Assembly (NCBI GenBank): GCA_000965745.1
Contig: CP009479.1
Coordinates: forward strand, 1,440,001-1,504,000
Direction: 5' to 3'
DNA from: an uncultured archaeon
GTDB taxonomy: Archaea; Thermoplasmatota; Thermoplasmata; Thermoplasmatales; Thermoplasmataceae
DNA: 64,000 nucleotides
The notes below the pieces were generated by a model that had not been told where the DNA came from, ran no database searches, and worked only from the letters and a program-made list of their open reading frames with translations. A program made the translations under genes and the position numbers. This document shows, one piece after another, positions 49,201 to 58,307 of the stretch (within the stretch, counting starts at the first letter, position 1; every line of letters begins with the position of its first letter).

Positions 49201-49637
49201 ACAGTTACAGCATTACCCCTCCGGATGAATATGCCGCATCTCCCTCTACAGGAACCCTGATGGTTCTTGATGAGGACGTTGTTGTGTCTGTAACCATGCA
49301 GGTCAAAACCTACGAAGTCCATTTCGTCCATGAAGGAATGCCGAGTGGAGTTCCGTGGCAGGTTGAATTTGCAAACCATTCGTTTACTTCAACCTCATCG
49401 GTCATAAGCTTCACAGTAACATCTGGGAACTACAGTTACACTGTTTCACCCCCAGACGGGTATTCTGCTGGGCTGAAATCCGGCTCCCTCGAGGTTGTCG
49501 CCAACGACCAGACCGTGAATGTTCAATTCTCAAAGAACCCTGACTATCTGGGAAATGCAGCATTGATCTCAATAGGTACTGCAGTGGGAATCGTTACAGG
49601 ACTCGGGGTCAGCCTGATGGTCTTCAGGAGGAAATAA
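46209..49637 (+). CDS. Thermopsin-family surface protein with beta-sandwich repeats and a C-terminal TM anchor
   Basis: PAPMGIADYG, YDAELV.TGPG.G, GxYTPLYA, GGNFW; repeated GLP..W units; TM followed by FRRK. Confidence 0.87.
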   Translation: MKPAYFIRTIVLTISILVAISSVYVIFTTAENPEKPSEGPRDGNPSYAQASVVTNSNGLSILDKVNGSGIPDQYVYLPNFNAPGLSDSGVTQLYKRSPAPMGIADYGMMEPSGFVIPYEYNTSGFLGTVKFESIKPFYPMNNNPGSISTQLSAVLSGVTINGNSGNDLWIKSVMLYTPATSEVQFISNIWDLSTPGMVFPVNAISSGNGQTVPGLFYHYASPKLTMSGEFTASLYMDAANINGNNAVILKYQFSNTEQNFTSDLVAYDTVVFNSVSSDIQTAANAAFEVNGFKKTASGLLYDAELVVTGPGSGSTTTIYEANGQLTLKFRAADGTPTKLPASYNFGSNTGETIQGLSVWWTSLMKPMAHLSLGPSLLVSLWGSQVSHSGAVNIQGKINPPNSFVFISMGQTFDNSTASWAPVNPNGTYKFSMPGRIDYSGMVILSNYEPFYFKTASAETHNETGEGGEGQPHGGQGGSGEEETAAWQNATLSLSLTRGVYTPLYANGNDQVKYLTVGSSSNGTYAGNGTKDSPYKLENNQYASLNQLFSHSNYFLYPEFSGMQIMNTGASIDVISPPTLHIHYTTDMYWVLDKYKLPLVNSLNMVFYNTSGVKVLDADSISGWFPTTMLHAPAASMMFYGSTDFLIASDTFSGMGASLLVYNNATADTNGTIWGNHFLADHVIHSQYSLNIRGADNPSGVSAYSSGNLIYNNYFTSGISAFSTGVDPYTGNASVVYHNDWNLSGKMPVSYVKHVNGYNLTGSIVDSGYQGGNFWDREITTIPYNSSGGISHGGDYLPLIEITYGVAFNSLGLPSGIPWSVTLDNSARAGTIGTSIDIQVPNGTHVYRIGSPANYSATPVNGTIIMQGNAQELNITFTHMTYPVNFIRSGHPDGLSWGVSMGGKHSTSTSDVITFLCENGSYSYTVDALKNYSADNSSGKLLVYGGEVNESVQFMYALHRITVHVTGLAEGNEWSFTISGERHMSSSSNMSVSRGTGIYSYSITPPDEYAASPSTGTLMVLDEDVVVSVTMQVKTYEVHFVHEGMPSGVPWQVEFANHSFTSTSSVISFTVTSGNYSYTVSPPDGYSAGLKSGSLEVVANDQTVNVQFSKNPDYLGNAALISIGTAVGIVTGLGVSLMVFRRK

Positions 49638-49681
49638 GATAAAGAGATAATTTTTTCACCAAAAAGGAAGGTGTGTCTTTT

Positions 49682-50704
49682 TCAGAAGCCTTCCAGAACA
49701 ATTTTTCCAATTGTAGTGCCACTTTCAATCTGTTTATGTGCTTTTCGCATGTTTGAGGCATTTATTGGTGACATTGTTGAGTTCAGGGTAGTTTTTATCC
49801 TGCCATTATCGATCAAATCTGCCAGATCGTTGAGTATTTCATGCTGAAAAATCAGGTCAGGTGTGTTGTAATTCGGCCTCGTCGACATGAATTCCCATGA
49901 AAAGACAACGCTTTTGTCCCATAGTGCTCCCATGTCTATGGGCCCCTTCGGGCCTATTATTGCGCATATGCGGCCCAGAGGAGCAATCACTTTGGCAATG
50001 CTGTCCCAGTGTTCGTCCAGCGAATTGAGGCAGAAGATATAGTCTACGTATTTCAGCCCTATATCGTTTATCTGATTCTTGAAATCTTTCGTCCTGTCTA
50101 TTGTGTAAGTAGCACCATGTGCTAAAGCCCACTCGGTGGATTCTGGCCGGGATGTGGTGGCGATCACTCTTAAACCAGCTTCATGTGCAAGTTGTGTTGC
50201 AATGGACCCAACTCCTCCGGCTCCGCCAATGATCAGTATCGTTTTCCCGATATTGAGGTCAGGGTCTCTTATGATCTTCATTCTGTCAAACATGCCCTCC
50301 CAGGCGGTAATGGAAGTGAGAGGCATTGCCGCAGCTTCAGCATGGGACAACGAGGCTGGCTTCTTCCCGGCTATCCTCTCGTCAACTACGTGAAATTCAG
50401 AATCCGCACCTTGGACACTCACGCTCCCTGCATAGTAAACCTCGTCTCCAGCTTTGAAGAGGTGGCAATCAGGTCCCGTCTCTTCAACTATTCCAGAAAC
50501 GTCCCATCCGGGTATGGCAAGTTTTCCGTCATCGGCTTTCCTTGCCCGGGTTTTGACATCGACAGGGTTAACTGAAACAGCCTTGACCCTGACGAGAAGA
50601 TTTCTCTCCCTGGGAGCTGGTTTGTCGATTTCAACATCTACAATGCTATTCGGGTCATCCACTGGGAGGTTCCTGTAAAATCCAACCGCCTTCATGATCT
50701 TCAA
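49682..50704 (-). CDS. Zinc-independent MDR / NADPH:quinone oxidoreductase-like protein
   Basis: VSVNPVDVK, PGWDVSG, PLTSITAWE, GGAGGVG, GKIVL. Confidence 0.9.
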   Translation of the reverse strand: MKIMKAVGFYRNLPVDDPNSIVDVEIDKPAPRERNLLVRVKAVSVNPVDVKTRARKADDGKLAIPGWDVSGIVEETGPDCHLFKAGDEVYYAGSVSVQGADSEFHVVDERIAGKKPASLSHAEAAAMPLTSITAWEGMFDRMKIIRDPDLNIGKTILIIGGAGGVGSIATQLAHEAGLRVIATTSRPESTEWALAHGATYTIDRTKDFKNQINDIGLKYVDYIFCLNSLDEHWDSIAKVIAPLGRICAIIGPKGPIDMGALWDKSVVFSWEFMSTRPNYNTPDLIFQHEILNDLADLIDNGRIKTTLNSTMSPINASNMRKAHKQIESGTTIGKIVLEGF

Positions 50705-50990
50705 TTAGGCGCATGTTGGTCATATTATTTTCTGAACAGGGGAAGCTACTGCTTTCCAAATGGAACTTCACTCCATATCTGGCCCATTGGTGGCATGTCT
50801 GAAGGAAACTTCCCGGAAGCTTCACCAAAGGCCCGTGGCGTAGATTAAATTTTTCCATTTGCCTTTCCAGGAGTCCATGCATTCACACGCAACAGTATCA
50901 GTACATAATACCTTTATCCGGCGTGGACCGCCCCTGGAACCTGCAACCCATGGTTAAGGTATAATAGAAGCTGCAAATTGGGAAATTCGT

Positions 50991-51677
50991 ATGTTGCCAG
51001 CCGAAAACCATGGCATGCCGAAGGCCGCATTATCCTGGAGCTCCGGCAAGGATTCTGCCTTTGCACTTTACCGGGTACTCCAGAGCGGGAAATACGACAT
51101 AGTCACACTGCTGACCACTGTCACGACGTCCTACGACAGAGTTTCCATTCATGGCGTCAGAGAAGAATTGCTTGCTATGCAGGCTGAAAATACAGGCCTG
51201 CCTGTGATGAAGGTCGAGATACCTCCGAAGAGCAGTAATGCCGATTATGAAAGAGCAATGGCAGAAGCGGTGCAAAAGCTGAATCATATGGGTGTTGAAT
51301 ACATTATATTCGGCGATATTTTTCTTGAAGATGTCAAGAGGTACCGCGAGGACAGAATGGCTGGGACCGGGATAACGCCAGTATTTCCTAACTGGGGTGA
51401 AGACACCGGGAAGATGGCAAGAGACATAGTCAATGCGGGAATTGGAGCCCGCATAGTTTGCCTTGACCCAAAGAAGCTTGACAGAAGATTTGGAGGGGCT
51501 GAATTCGATCTGGAATTTCTCGGGTCTCTCCCACCCGACGTTGATCCATGTGGGGAGAGGGGCGAATTCCATACATTTGTATACAGGGCGCCCTTCTTTG
51601 CAAAATCACTGGGTGTGAAGACAGGCGAGATTGTGGAACGCGATGGATTTTTATTCACAGACCTGTATATTCCATAA
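50991..51677 (+). CDS. PP-loop ATP-binding protein (diphthine-ammonia ligase-like, DUF71)
   Basis: SWSSGKDS, FGDIFL, DPCGERGEFHTFV. Confidence 0.87.
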   Translation: MLPAENHGMPKAALSWSSGKDSAFALYRVLQSGKYDIVTLLTTVTTSYDRVSIHGVREELLAMQAENTGLPVMKVEIPPKSSNADYERAMAEAVQKLNHMGVEYIIFGDIFLEDVKRYREDRMAGTGITPVFPNWGEDTGKMARDIVNAGIGARIVCLDPKKLDRRFGGAEFDLEFLGSLPPDVDPCGERGEFHTFVYRAPFFAKSLGVKTGEIVERDGFLFTDLYIP

Positions 51678-51892
51678 GCTCTTCATTGAGGCCTTTAAGA
51701 AATAGGTTCCATGCCATTGTCTCCAACCTAAGGAGGTTTCATCATGCCCAATTTACATAGGACCGGGAACAAGTGAACGTTCATGATCGTTTAAGAGCGC
51801 CACAATAAGCGATACTGAAAGGAAACCAGAAACTTTGCGATGAGATCTTGGGCGCTTTCTCCAGATACAAGGCATTTGCTTATAATTGTCAA

Positions 51893-51965
51893 TGGGTCTG
51901 CCCGGATTTGGACCGGAGTCTCCAACTCCCGAAGCTGGAAGGATACCAGGCTACCCCACAGACCC
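51893..51965 (-). tRNA. tRNA-Pro(CGG), intronless, atypical T-loop TCCAAAT
   Basis: GGGTCTG/CAGACCC acceptor stem, CCAGC-TTCGGGA-GTTGG anticodon arm, TCCGG/CCGGG T-stem. Confidence 0.94.
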
Positions 51966-52032
51966 AATTGACCGGATAATGTTCTCTATGCTTTTAAAGT
52001 TAACATTGACGACTCACAGGGCAACGGCTCAC

Positions 52033-52551
52033 TCAAAACGAGGTATATATACTGGCATTAGGGGTGAATGTGTGCGCACTCATGTTCAAATCGCTCGAGG
52101 AGTTGAACTCAAACAACATTATAGTTGATTGATGCGCAAGTATTCTCAGCGTATGGCTTGTCTGGACAAATCTGGAATCAAGGTTGTAGGTTGTATTTTT
52201 GCCGTTGGCTGATACCGTCACTGCACCCATGTAGAGTTTTACTGCATTGTAATCCCCCGCTTTCATTGTAAATGCCCCCAGGTCCTGGGAGTGAGTGGCG
52301 TTCACATCAATATTCACTGTCTGATTGTTCAGGGAATGAGTTTCCCAGCTGGATTGATTATCCTTTATGGCGACCTTGGTGAATGTTATGTATATTCCGG
52401 AGATGTTTGCGTTTGATGAATCTGCAACTGTAACGTTTAAATCCCCTTTCTGCACCTTATTTCCGAGCGCTGATGTATAGTATGTTATTCCAATCCCTGC
52501 AAGAATTATTACCGCGACAGTTATGCCTCCAATGATCTTCTTGCCTTTCAC
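52033..52551 (-). CDS. DUF4382-like membrane-anchored exported protein
   Basis: N-terminal TM, GDLNVTVAD, IYITFTKV, AGDYNAVKL. Confidence 0.7.
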   Translation of the reverse strand: MKGKKIIGGITVAVIILAGIGITYYTSALGNKVQKGDLNVTVADSSNANISGIYITFTKVAIKDNQSSWETHSLNNQTVNIDVNATHSQDLGAFTMKAGDYNAVKLYMGAVTVSANGKNTTYNLDSRFVQTSHTLRILAHQSTIMLFEFNSSSDLNMSAHTFTPNASIYTSF

Positions 52552-52625
52552 ATTCAGTAATTACCATATTTTTTAAACGTTTTCGGGCGGGAAATCTTAT
52601 AGTATAAAAATGGGCTGAAAAAACA

Positions 52626-53477
52626 TTATTCTATTTCCTTTCCATCCACTGTCATTCCGTCTAACCGTTCAGTATAGAAGCAGAAATATCCCTTTATCTT
52701 CCGGGATTCACCAAACGGTTCAAGGTAGCTCCAGGCCATGTTCTTGAAGGTCTCACCTTCAATTCTGATATCCCAGTATGAGGCCTTTCCCTTGTATGGG
52801 CATCTTGTCTCATGGCGGGAAGGAACGAGAAACTCCATTTCAACATCCTTTGGCGGGACATAATACCGGGCAGGAAGGCCTGTCTCAAAAAGCATCATAG
52901 GCCGGCTTGATTCTGCAATCTTTACACCCTTCATCCGGATCTCTACTTTTCTGCTGCTTTCAAGAACATCAATTCTAGTATACGGGTCTCTGGGGTGTAC
53001 CATCACGTTTTCTTCCTCTTCCATCCACCTGTCTACAGACGTCCAGTCAAGAATAACTCTGTCGTGCAAACCCTGCATCCCTTCGGGAGTTTCACGGTAT
53101 AGTTTCGCGAGTCCAGCTATAACTCTGCCATTCTCTTTCATGCTGTAGCTCGCATACTTTCCAAGTTCATCACTGCCTTCGCCATCCTTTTCCATGGCAG
53201 AAAGTCTGACATCCATGGAAGGAAAGGAGTAGATTACGGGTTTCCCCGGGATTCTGAGTATTAGAACATTGACTGAATCTGCCAATACACCTTCTTTCAT
53301 GAACGCCCTGACTCTTTTTTCCGTAGGCACTGCAAGTACAGTATTGCCATCAACCCTGAAAGTGAAATCATTTCCCGGGAACTTTGGAGTATGCATACAC
53401 ATGGATAACACTATTCCATTAAACAAATTGTTTGGTACGCCCATTTCCTTGTTGCCCAAAGTTATGCAGCAATTCAA
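52626..53477 (-). CDS. DUF427 domain protein (tandem; start uncertain, perhaps 53402)
   Basis: HPRDPYTRID, LFETGLPARYY, CPYKGKASYW, AWSY. Confidence 0.88.
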   Translation of the reverse strand: MNCCITLGNKEMGVPNNLFNGIVLSMCMHTPKFPGNDFTFRVDGNTVLAVPTEKRVRAFMKEGVLADSVNVLILRIPGKPVIYSFPSMDVRLSAMEKDGEGSDELGKYASYSMKENGRVIAGLAKLYRETPEGMQGLHDRVILDWTSVDRWMEEEENVMVHPRDPYTRIDVLESSRKVEIRMKGVKIAESSRPMMLFETGLPARYYVPPKDVEMEFLVPSRHETRCPYKGKASYWDIRIEGETFKNMAWSYLEPFGESRKIKGYFCFYTERLDGMTVDGKEIE

Positions 53478-53573
53478 TCAGAATCTAATGGCTGCCTGAT
53501 TTGCAAGGTAAAATGGGTGAGGAGTAAACGTTAGGCAACATATTTTTATATGGATGAAATATAAAAAGAAATA

Positions 53574-54347
53574 ATGGTAAACAGATGCCCTGAATGTGGC
53601 TATCAAAATGAAAGTTATATCAAGAAATGTGCCAAATGCGGCACATCCATGGAACATGTTCTCCAGGATCAGAAGAGGAGCATGATGGACATACGTGTTT
53701 TTTCAATCATCTACCTGATCACTGCTGCAATCGGCACTGGCGACTTCATTTACAGATACACCGTCGGAGGCCAGTTTACCTTCGGTTATTTCTCAAATAT
53801 ACCCAACGTTAACCCCGGGCAGGTTCAATCCGCTTTTGCCCCTTACCTCTACATATTTGAGATACTGGGCGCTATTTCTGCTATTGTTACTCTAGTATCG
53901 ATCTTTTTCCTCAGGAGCGGGTTTAAAACTCTCTTTAAGCATGACAAGGAATTCGGGACACCAGTTACTGGAACTACACTCATATTTGCAGGCCTTATAA
54001 TAGTGGTAGTAGGCGTCTTTGTACTGGTAGCACTTCTCCTCACAATGCTCCCCGGCCTTCTGCAGAACCCGCCTGTTTTCTCCTTAAGCAACATAGCTGC
54101 TATCGGCGGCGTGGGAATAATTGTGGCCATTGGTGCGATACTTCTCCTCGTCGGTCTGATCATGGGCATCCTGATAGGCCTGCACAGGCTTGCGGTCAAG
54201 TTCGAAGACGGCATGTTTGAAGCAGCATGGATACTGTACATAATCGCCTTCTTCTTCTCCCCAATAGGCCTTATAGCAGCATATCTTTCGCTCGAGGGAA
54301 CAAATCACACAATGAAGAGGCTTGATGAAGCGATTTCCCAGGTTTGA
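53574..54347 (+). CDS. Zinc-ribbon plus DUF973-like membrane protein
   Basis: CPECG..CAKCG followed by TMs with LRSGFKTL. Confidence 0.75.
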   Translation: MVNRCPECGYQNESYIKKCAKCGTSMEHVLQDQKRSMMDIRVFSIIYLITAAIGTGDFIYRYTVGGQFTFGYFSNIPNVNPGQVQSAFAPYLYIFEILGAISAIVTLVSIFFLRSGFKTLFKHDKEFGTPVTGTTLIFAGLIIVVVGVFVLVALLLTMLPGLLQNPPVFSLSNIAAIGGVGIIVAIGAILLLVGLIMGILIGLHRLAVKFEDGMFEAAWILYIIAFFFSPIGLIAAYLSLEGTNHTMKRLDEAISQV

Positions 54348-54353
54348 TGGTAT

Positions 54354-54866
54354 ATGCAGTTTGATGAACTCTTGGATCGTAGAAGGTCAACACGGGCCTT
54401 CAGCAGGGACAGCATAAGCGAAGACCAGGTCAGGTCTATTCTTGAAGCTGCAAATAAGGCCCCCTCTGCAGGCAACCTCCAGGCCTACGGGATATTTGCG
54501 GTATCTGACCACGATAAACTCACAGACCTTGTGGCAGCAGCTAAGGGCCAGGAGTTCATTGCTGAGGCACCAATATGCTTCGTGTTCTGTGCTGATCCTG
54601 AAAGGTCCGAATCAGAATACGGGAAAAGGGGACGGGACCTCTATTCCATCCAGGACGCAACAATAGCCGCTACTTTTGCAATCCTCAAGGCGGTTGACCT
54701 GGGCTTGGCCTCGGTCTGGGTAGGCTCCTTTGACGAAGAAAGAGTGTCGAACATAATCGGGGCCTACAAATTACGACCTGTGGCAATCATTCCGGTAGGG
54801 CATGGAGCTGAGAATCCGGAGGCAAAACCAAGAAGAAAGCTAAGCAGTCTCGTGCATGAAATGTGA
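54354..54866 (+). CDS. Nitroreductase family protein
   Basis: RRSTRAF, APSAGNLQ, LGLASVWVG. Confidence 0.93.
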   Translation: MQFDELLDRRRSTRAFSRDSISEDQVRSILEAANKAPSAGNLQAYGIFAVSDHDKLTDLVAAAKGQEFIAEAPICFVFCADPERSESEYGKRGRDLYSIQDATIAATFAILKAVDLGLASVWVGSFDEERVSNIIGAYKLRPVAIIPVGHGAENPEAKPRRKLSSLVHEM

Positions 54867-55312
54867 AGCAAATGCTGCGATACGAATATCAAGGGAAAAG
54901 ATCCTGAATCTCGGGAAGAATGAGTGAAAAAAAACTAGGTATCAGCCCCTATATTAATTTTCCACTTTTATCCATTACATATTAGGTGGATTATTTTTAA
55001 TTTTCAACCAGCTAAATATTTGGTGAGAGAAAATGAATATATTCATGTCAAGAAGAATGATGCTGATGTTCTTGATGGCGATCACTGCTTCTTTCCTGCT
55101 ATACACGCTGTCAGAGGGCCTCTAAACAGAATGAAACCTTGCTGCCGGATGAAACATGTTATTGAGGGATGAGAAGGGTTACTTGCAGGTATGCCGGGCG
55201 TTTTTTGCATGAAGGCCGTCCAGGATTCAACTCTTTTTTTGTTTTGACGGAGAATAATGATTGCGTGCAAAGCTCTCCCGATCAGTAACGTTTGCGATAT
55301 GGTTCCCGCTTC

Positions 55313-55918
55313 TTAACCAAACTCTCTCAGCCCAAAAATCCTTGTTATTGCGTATGAGAGCAGAACAGTCCCGGCTATTGTCATTGCCAGGCCGCCTCCG
55401 CCTATGTATCTTGAAGTGTGTTGAACCAGGGTTATGTTGTATGCCGCAACAATGTTGACATCAAACTTCCCGTTGTTGGAAGTCATGTTAAGTGAATAGA
55501 CCTGCCCCTGGAGATTTGGTGTCGGTTCGATGTGTACCACCGTATTGTTGCTTGCATTGCCCTCTCTCATGAAAGTGTACTGTGTGATCAGCTTTCCGCT
55601 GCTGTCTATATGGTAATACTTGTACAGTTCGTAATGCACTGATGAATTTGAAGGCATTATGAAGGTTACATTCTCCGAAACGTTGTAGGGCTGATTGAAC
55701 AATAATGATGAAACGCTCTGGTTATCAACAGTCTTGTCTATTGTAGTCACGTTTGGAGTTCTGATGACATCCGTATAACTATAGGACACCTCAATCATGA
55801 TGAGGCCCACTGCCATGAGTGTCAACGCTACCAGTACAAATTTATTTGTCAGCACTCTCTTCGTTAGCTGTACTCTGGTCTCTTTTCTCTCACGCCTTAC
55901 TATCCTTGGTCTGGGCAA
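55313..55918 (-). CDS. Membrane protein with N- and C-terminal TMs flanking an exported beta domain
   Basis: Hydrophobicity pattern and NxS/T sequons. Confidence 0.7.
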   Translation of the reverse strand: MPRPRIVRRERKETRVQLTKRVLTNKFVLVALTLMAVGLIMIEVSYSYTDVIRTPNVTTIDKTVDNQSVSSLLFNQPYNVSENVTFIMPSNSSVHYELYKYYHIDSSGKLITQYTFMREGNASNNTVVHIEPTPNLQGQVYSLNMTSNNGKFDVNIVAAYNITLVQHTSRYIGGGGLAMTIAGTVLLSYAITRIFGLREFG

Positions 55919-56142
55919 CTATTCCAGATATGCCTGAAGATAATAACACTTGCTTGAGACACATGTTCACAGAAACCTTGTGGCGCCTGTACAAATCAAC
56001 CAGGACCGCCGGAATATCCGCAATAGAAGAAAAAGAGCATCAGGCCCTGAAGAGGCTTTTGTTTCTGTATTTTCGGACAAAAATGTATGAAAAATATTTT
56101 GAGTAATTCATGTCTGCTCCTGAATTACTTTGATTTGTGGAT

Positions 56143-56733
56143 TTAAGCCGGCAATGTCGGATTCTTTGCAGTCTCTTTTTCCCTTATGGAGAAGAACGCT
56201 ACTGCAAACAGAATTTCAGCTACCAGTATCAGGATGAATCCTATGGCAATGACAGCCGTGATCGCCCCAATAAGGTATATCAAGGCTGCTGTGCCAAACA
56301 GCCCAACGTCGAGTTTTGTGGCAATGCTGCTGTAACTCTTCCTCAGGAATACCGCTGAAATGATCAGCATGATCCACACTGCTATCAGGCCAGGTATTAT
56401 TGCTAGTGCAAATGCAACCCAGTTTCCCTGCTGCAGATTCGGGGGTACGCCAGCACTCATTCCGCCAAATCCGCCAACCCCAATGACAGCAAGAAAAGCT
56501 CCTATTATTGCAAGGCCGGCAACTACAACTGCAACAATCGCCAGTATTATTGCAATCACCATGTTATTGAAGATGTCTCTGTCCTCGACGATCACGGAAA
56601 TGGACCTTATCGCTATAAGCGTGAGTATAAACCCTACTATTCCAAGTAGCCACCCAACACTGGGCACAGGGGTCAATAAAACCAGGACAGAACCAATCCC
56701 GCCCATGGCTTTAGCTTCTGATAATGACGCCAT
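56143..56733 (-). CDS. DUF996 family membrane protein
   Basis: AKAMGGIGSVL, IVGFIL, FLRKSY, LF.TAA.IY.IGA, AFFSI. Confidence 0.85.
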   Translation of the reverse strand: MASLSEAKAMGGIGSVLVLLTPVPSVGWLLGIVGFILTLIAIRSISVIVEDRDIFNNMVIAIILAIVAVVVAGLAIIGAFLAVIGVGGFGGMSAGVPPNLQQGNWVAFALAIIPGLIAVWIMLIISAVFLRKSYSSIATKLDVGLFGTAALIYLIGAITAVIAIGFILILVAEILFAVAFFSIREKETAKNPTLPA

Positions 56734-57010
56734 TATTGATCAACTCCTGTATTATTTACAGCCACTCCTAAAATAAGGACTTGCCCTTACGTATAAGGGA
56801 CATCTGATAATGGCATGACTCAGTTCTTTTTAGATTTCAGATGCACTTGTTCATGGGTTAAATCATACATGAACGACAACCATTCTCTGTTGACACTTTA
56901 GAAATTAGCTTTGGGAAACACTCTTCGATTAGGTGTTACTGGTGAGGTATACTGTTGAATACACTTAGATTTGATTATTATAATGGGGCATTCAAAGGTG
57001 GCGATACCTC

Positions 57011-57262
57011 ATGAAATATGAAATAATATATGAGGAAAATTCTCCTGACATTCCCGATGAAGAGAGGATAGCGTACGAGATAAAAGGTCATCCGGGAAGC
57101 TTCAATTATCTGCAGTTTGAACATGATCAGATATACACAAAGGAAGAGCAGGAGAATAAGGCAGAAGAAATGAAGAAACTCGCACATGGCGCAGTGGCCG
57201 GATCAATTATATGTGCTTTCCTTACGATTGCCGCTGCGTTGTACGGGTTAGGCACGATATGA
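57011..57262 (+). CDS. Small acidic protein with a C-terminal TM
   Basis: AGGTGG RBS upstream; C-terminal hydrophobic helix. Confidence 0.55.
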   Translation: MKYEIIYEENSPDIPDEERIAYEIKGHPGSFNYLQFEHDQIYTKEEQENKAEEMKKLAHGAVAGSIICAFLTIAAALYGLGTI

Positions 57263-57473
57263 ATGAAACAGCGTTAATCCCAAGAAATTCAAAAGAGAGT
57301 GCCAGCCATTCTCTACAAATTAATCTAAAAATTACCTTTACACGTAGAGCGTTGACTGATATCAGATTCATTATTACGTTGTGATTGTTCCATTCTGCAT
57401 GCCAGAATGGCAGCATGGCACTATGACGAACCCAAAAACGTTTAAGTTGCCGCGGCAATAAGATTGGGTTCAC

Positions 57474-57869
57474 ATGGACGATAAGCTCATAATCAAAATG
57501 TACACGGAAATATTCCTCACCTCAATCCGCTCTAGCGCTGTCAGTTGGGATAATTCCCTGATCCTCATGGGTGACATGACGAGGTCATGGGAGAGGTTAA
57601 ACCCGGGGATTGCTGCAGGAAGGGAGGAAGTGGCTGTAATTGAGGAGATGTGCGGTAATGCCAGAGAAATCTGCAAGAAAGTTTTCGACAGATCCGTGGA
57701 ATACATGCAGTACTATACAACACCTAGGGAGCCTTCATCCTATCTCCCAATGATAGAGGAGATGAGGGATTTGAACGAGGAAATGATCGAAGCAGGCAGC
57801 AAGGTCCGGGATCGGTACCAAAAACTTTCCGTTGCCTTTTTTAACACCGATTTCAGGCCCGAGGTGTAG
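57474..57869 (+). CDS. Hypothetical alpha-helical protein
   Basis: 131-aa ORF with protein-like composition. Confidence 0.6.
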   Translation: MDDKLIIKMYTEIFLTSIRSSAVSWDNSLILMGDMTRSWERLNPGIAAGREEVAVIEEMCGNAREICKKVFDRSVEYMQYYTTPREPSSYLPMIEEMRDLNEEMIEAGSKVRDRYQKLSVAFFNTDFRPEV

Positions 57870-58307
57870 CCAGATCTGCACCAAAGAAATTCAAAGCATC
57901 TTTTCCACCGCATGTATTTATTACTGAACACTTGAAGCATAACCCGAATCGAAAAAAAAAACATCGGCGTCTTTCTACCATTATGGTACCTTCAATCGGA
58001 TAATCTATCAAACAAAAGACGCTTGGTTCGCAATGATTGCATTATTAAAACGCGTAATGGGTGGTTGATCTTGGTTGTAGATAAAAGTGGACCGGATGGG
58101 ATTTGCTTTGGCGCCGCTCTCAACGGCAACAAGCAGAAGGTCATAAGCCTTAATGAAGCAGAATCTTTCATTGAAAATGGCCGGGAATATGTAGGAACGC
58201 TTCCTGGTGAGAAGGCCATAATCAAGCCGCCAGGATGAATGCACACAAGACTGACTTATTGCCACATACCTAAAGGTTCATACTAAAGAAGTGATTGATC
58301 TTAGGCA

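Noticed and set aside
51886-52128. 80-aa ORF
   Set aside because: Antisense to tRNA-Pro and overlaps the DUF4382-like gene
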